Shown in pieces: positions 24,264 to 27,532 of a DNA stretch of 27,532 nt. Origin of the DNA: a virus (lineage: Duplodnaviria > Caudoviricetes). Location: IMG/VR virus record IMGVR_UViG_3300006097_000029, positions 1 to 27,532 of that record; one strand, given 5' to 3'. Each line of letters opens with the position of its first letter. Within the stretch, counting starts at the first letter, position 1. The notes under the pieces are model-generated. The model saw nothing but the letters and a program-made list of their open reading frames with translations. It was not told where the DNA came from and did not search any database. Both the position numbers and the translations under genes were made by a program.

Positions 24264-27036
24264 TGCTGGTACAGTATACAGCTCTATGGTGCTAGATTTA
24301 TCAAAGTATGAGAAGAATTTAACAAAAGCAGAGAAACAAATGCAAGGCTTTGTTAAAAAGATGGAGTCAATGGGTGGCAAGATGGAAAAGGCAGGAAAGA
24401 ATCTTACCACTAAAGTCACTGCTCCGATACTAGCCATAGGTGGTGCAGGTGGTGTAATGGCTGCTGACTTTGAGGAAAGTCTTAATAAAGTTGAAACTAT
24501 TGCAGATACTTCAATAAAACCAATAGAGAAAATTAAAGAAGAGATATTAAATCTATCCGATGATATAGGAGTTTCTTCAAAGGATCTAAACGAAGCTTTG
24601 TATCAAACCATCTCAGCTACAGGAGACACAGCTAATGCAGTATCATATATAGAAATAGCTTCTAAAGCTGCTATTGGTGGTTTTACAGATACTTCAACAG
24701 CAGTAGATGGTCTAACTACAGTTATGAATGCCTATGGATTAGAAGGTTCAGACGCAATGCAAAATGTATCAGATCAAATGTTAATGGCTCAAAACTTTGG
24801 TAAAACCACGTTTGGAGAAATGGCTTCAAGCATAGGAAATGTAATACCAATAGCTTCATCACTCGGAATAACTACAGAAGAGCTATTTGGTTCAGTAGCA
24901 ACCTTAACTAAGAACGGTATTCAGACAAGTCAGGCTATTACAGGACTTAAGGCAGCTTATTCCAATATATTAAAACCAACTACTCAAGCACAAAAAAAAG
25001 CTGTAGAATTAGGAATAGAGTTTAGTGCTGCAGAACTTAAGTCAAAAGGATGGGCTAAGTTCTTAGAAGATATCAGTGAAAAGACTGGTGGCAACTCTGA
25101 AGACATGGCCACTTTGTTTGGTTCTGTAGAAGCTCTCAATAGTGTAACTGTACTAGCTACAACTGGTGCTGAAGACTTTTCAGAAGCTTTAGGTGCTATG
25201 GGAGAGTCAGCTGGAGCTACTGAAAAAGCATTCGGTACTATGGATAAAGGTACTAAAGACTTATTTGAAGATACATTAAATAAGGGCAAGAATACTTTGA
25301 TAGAATTAGCCGATATAGCTTTGCCTTTGGCCAATAAAGCTATAGAAAAAGTAGACGAATGGATTGAGAAGTTTAAAGGGTTAGATGATCAAACAAAAGA
25401 GAATGTAGTTAAGTTTTTAGGATTAGCTGCCGCAATAGGACCTGTTTTAATAATAGGTGGTAAAGTAGCAAAAGCATTCGGTCCTATAATTTCAATATTT
25501 ACCAAACTGAAAGGAATAAGCACTGCTTCAACAGCAGCTACAGGACTTATGTCAGGTAAGTTAGCTGGTTTAGCAACTGTTGCAAAAGGTGCAATAGCAG
25601 CTTTAGGGCCAGCTGCATTAGTAGTTGGTGCAATTACAGTAGCTGGCATAGGTCTATATAAACATTTGCAGAAAGATAGTATTCCAGAGATAGAACTCTT
25701 TGGAGATGCAGTTTCAGAAGCTACTAAAAAAGCTGTTGGTTCATTTTTAGATCTAAATGATAAAGCTACAGTAGCTCTTAATGGAATGAACTGGTCTGGC
25801 CAAGCTGTTACAAGTGAAATGGTAACTGAAATTACAGGTAAGTTTGATACTATGAAGAACCAAGTAGTTACAAAGCTAAAAGAACAGCATAACGAGTCAT
25901 TCAATCAAATGAAAAGCCACTTTGCAGATAGTAGTGCTTTAACTGAGCAAGAAGAACAAGCTATCTTAGAAAAAATGCAAACAAGTCACAGTGAGAGACA
26001 AGCTCAGATTGAAGGATATAATCAGAGAATTAAAGAGATTATGCAAACTGCTTCAAGTGAGAAAAGAGCTTTAACTCAAGCAGAGCAAGAAGAGATTAAC
26101 TCAATACAATCTAAAATGGTTGAGAATGGGATAAAGGTCTTATCAGAAAATGAGTTAGAAGCTAAATCTATTCTAGCAAGAATGAGAATTCAAGCTAGTG
26201 AAATTACAGCTAAGCAAGCTGCTGAAGTAGTTCAAAATAGTGTAGAGCAAAGAGATAAAGCAGTTAGTGCTGCAGAAGAGCAATATAGCGAAACTGTTAA
26301 AAATATAATCAAGCAAAGAGATGAGCTAGGAACTATCTCAGCTGAACAAGCTGATAAGCTAATAGAAGAAGCTACTAGACAAAGAGATGAAGCAGTGGCC
26401 AAAGCTGAAGAGATGCATACTAATATAGTTACAGAAGCAAAAGAGCAAGCTAGTGAGCACATTGATGAAGTCGACTGGGAAACTGGAGAGATATTAAGTA
26501 AATGGGAATCTTTCAAAGCTAAGTTAACTAGAAAATGGGAAGAGTTAAAGACTAATGCATCTGAGAAGTGGGATAGCATTAAAGCATCTATAAGTAACAG
26601 TATGGATAATATTAGATCTAAAATAGATGAAGGAATTAATAAGATTAGAGATTGGAACTCTCAAAGTGTTAAAAGTAAAGTTTTTAGTATAGTTGAGAAA
26701 GTTAAGAAAGTCTTTACAGGTTCAAGTGATAATCAAGGACAAATCATTTCAGTAGGAGCTAATGCTAGAGGTACAAACTACTGGGATGGTGGTTTGACTT
26801 GGGTAGGTGAAGAAGGACCAGAGTTAATTGATTTACCTAAAGCATCTAGAGTTTTTGATACTAATAAATCTATGGGGATGACTCAAAGTGGGCCACCTAT
26901 TGAATATAAAATAGAGAATCACTTTCACATTGGTAGTCTGATAGGTGATGAATATAGTCTTAAGTTACTTGAAAGAAAAATGAGCGGAATTAGAAGGAAT
27001 GAAAGCACTCGTATTGGAGAAGAGGTGTTTGGCTAA
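24253..27036 (+). CDS. Tail tape measure protein (TP901-type core)
   Basis: ADFEESL..GKTTFGEMASSIG..LFGSVEAL, Trp at 11-residue spacing, ARGTNYWDGGLTWVGEEGPEL. Likely TTG start at 24253 after GGAGGTG. Confidence 0.93.
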   Translation: MSYNAGTVYSSMVLDLSKYEKNLTKAEKQMQGFVKKMESMGGKMEKAGKNLTTKVTAPILAIGGAGGVMAADFEESLNKVETIADTSIKPIEKIKEEILNLSDDIGVSSKDLNEALYQTISATGDTANAVSYIEIASKAAIGGFTDTSTAVDGLTTVMNAYGLEGSDAMQNVSDQMLMAQNFGKTTFGEMASSIGNVIPIASSLGITTEELFGSVATLTKNGIQTSQAITGLKAAYSNILKPTTQAQKKAVELGIEFSAAELKSKGWAKFLEDISEKTGGNSEDMATLFGSVEALNSVTVLATTGAEDFSEALGAMGESAGATEKAFGTMDKGTKDLFEDTLNKGKNTLIELADIALPLANKAIEKVDEWIEKFKGLDDQTKENVVKFLGLAAAIGPVLIIGGKVAKAFGPIISIFTKLKGISTASTAATGLMSGKLAGLATVAKGAIAALGPAALVVGAITVAGIGLYKHLQKDSIPEIELFGDAVSEATKKAVGSFLDLNDKATVALNGMNWSGQAVTSEMVTEITGKFDTMKNQVVTKLKEQHNESFNQMKSHFADSSALTEQEEQAILEKMQTSHSERQAQIEGYNQRIKEIMQTASSEKRALTQAEQEEINSIQSKMVENGIKVLSENELEAKSILARMRIQASEITAKQAAEVVQNSVEQRDKAVSAAEEQYSETVKNIIKQRDELGTISAEQADKLIEEATRQRDEAVAKAEEMHTNIVTEAKEQASEHIDEVDWETGEILSKWESFKAKLTRKWEELKTNASEKWDSIKASISNSMDNIRSKIDEGINKIRDWNSQSVKSKVFSIVEKVKKVFTGSSDNQGQIISVGANARGTNYWDGGLTWVGEEGPELIDLPKASRVFDTNKSMGMTQSGPPIEYKIENHFHIGSLIGDEYSLKLLERKMSGIRRNESTRIGEEVFG

Positions 27037-27380
27037 TGAGATTAGGTCTAATTGGAAATGAAGCAGAAATACAAGAACCAGATGGATTTAGCATAGATCC
27101 TTTTGAAATATCTAGAGAAGCTAGAACTGCTAGTGGTCTTTTAGTTAAAGATATTATAGCTGTTAAAAATAGATATACATTGTCATATGAAGGGTTTAAC
27201 CCTGAGGATACAAGTCATATAAAAGATTTATTAATGTCTGGTCAAAAGCTAAGCTTTATATATGATGATTCAGGAGTAGAAGAGCAAGCTTATGTATATA
27301 TAAAGTCTTTTCCAAGAGAGTTATTTGTTTATGACTATGATTACAGTAAGAATATAACTATCACATTAGAGGAAATATAA
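27036..27380 (+). CDS. Distal tail/tail-tip protein
   Basis: RTASGLLVKDIIAVK..LSYEG motif; directly after the tape measure gene. Confidence 0.65.
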   Translation: MRLGLIGNEAEIQEPDGFSIDPFEISREARTASGLLVKDIIAVKNRYTLSYEGFNPEDTSHIKDLLMSGQKLSFIYDDSGVEEQAYVYIKSFPRELFVYDYDYSKNITITLEEI

Positions 27381-27381
27381 A

Positions 27382-27532
27382 ATGTTAAATGTATCACAAG
27401 AGTTCTTATATAGTTTAGTAGAGGAAAAGAGAAGGCTTTTTGGGAAAGTACAAATTGATTATACAGATCCGTTTATTGACCAATCTATAAGTATTTCAGC
27501 TTCAGAAGAAGCTAATGTGTCATATAAAAACC
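27382..27532 (+). CDS. Tail protein, partial (runs off the window)
   Basis: MLNVSQEFLYSLVEEKRRLFGKVQIDYTDPFID..., open to the end. Confidence 0.65.
   Translation, partial: MLNVSQEFLYSLVEEKRRLFGKVQIDYTDPFIDQSISISASEEANVSYKN

Larger units (their letters stand above)
56..27532. mobile_element. Temperate prophage (siphovirus-like), lysogeny to tail modules; both ends lie outside the window
   Basis: Canonical order: repressor/cro, antirepressor, YqaJ-RecT-SSB, initiator, ArpU, terminase, portal, MuF, scaffold, capsid, tail tube, chaperone, tape measure. Confidence 0.97.

Noticed and set aside
2535-26579. Antisense or overlapping ORFs in the track (2535, 3871, 5949, 6470, 9375, 9765, 10505, 11395, 13380, 15693, 18655, 19130, 24213, 24984, 25389, 26232)
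   Set aside because: Shadows of well-supported genes, with no convincing RBS or motifs.
26490-26660. Trp periodicity in the tape measure protein as a novel repeat
   Set aside because: 11-residue aromatic spacing is a standard tape-measure feature.

Overview
Low-GC (Clostridia/Bacillota-like) temperate siphovirus-type prophage. The window runs from the lysogeny region (left) through recombination/replication, late regulator, packaging, head and tail genes to a partial tail gene (right). The left edge is the end of an IS21-like element that truncates a DUF2971-like gene. The immunity region has two complete divergent HTH switches, each with its own operator family, and a repeated gene-end/RBS junction sequence. 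The most notable item lies inside the head module: a MuF minor head protein with a lethal-factor-like HExxH protease extension, a coupled small acidic ORF (candidate immunity protein), and then a gene the ORF track truncates. That gene is a CopZ-N/BFD-like Zn/[2Fe-2S] protein with an in-frame TGA in a Cys-(TGA) motif followed by a bacterial SECIS-like hairpin, so it is a candidate phage-borne selenoprotein. Other recoding or RNA-level signals are a +1 CCC_TTT_CGT frameshift in the tail chaperone, CTG and ATA start codons, an RBS-sequestering pseudoknot, and a structured leader before the GP20-type scaffold gene. All family calls come from motif recognition by eye, not from database searches.
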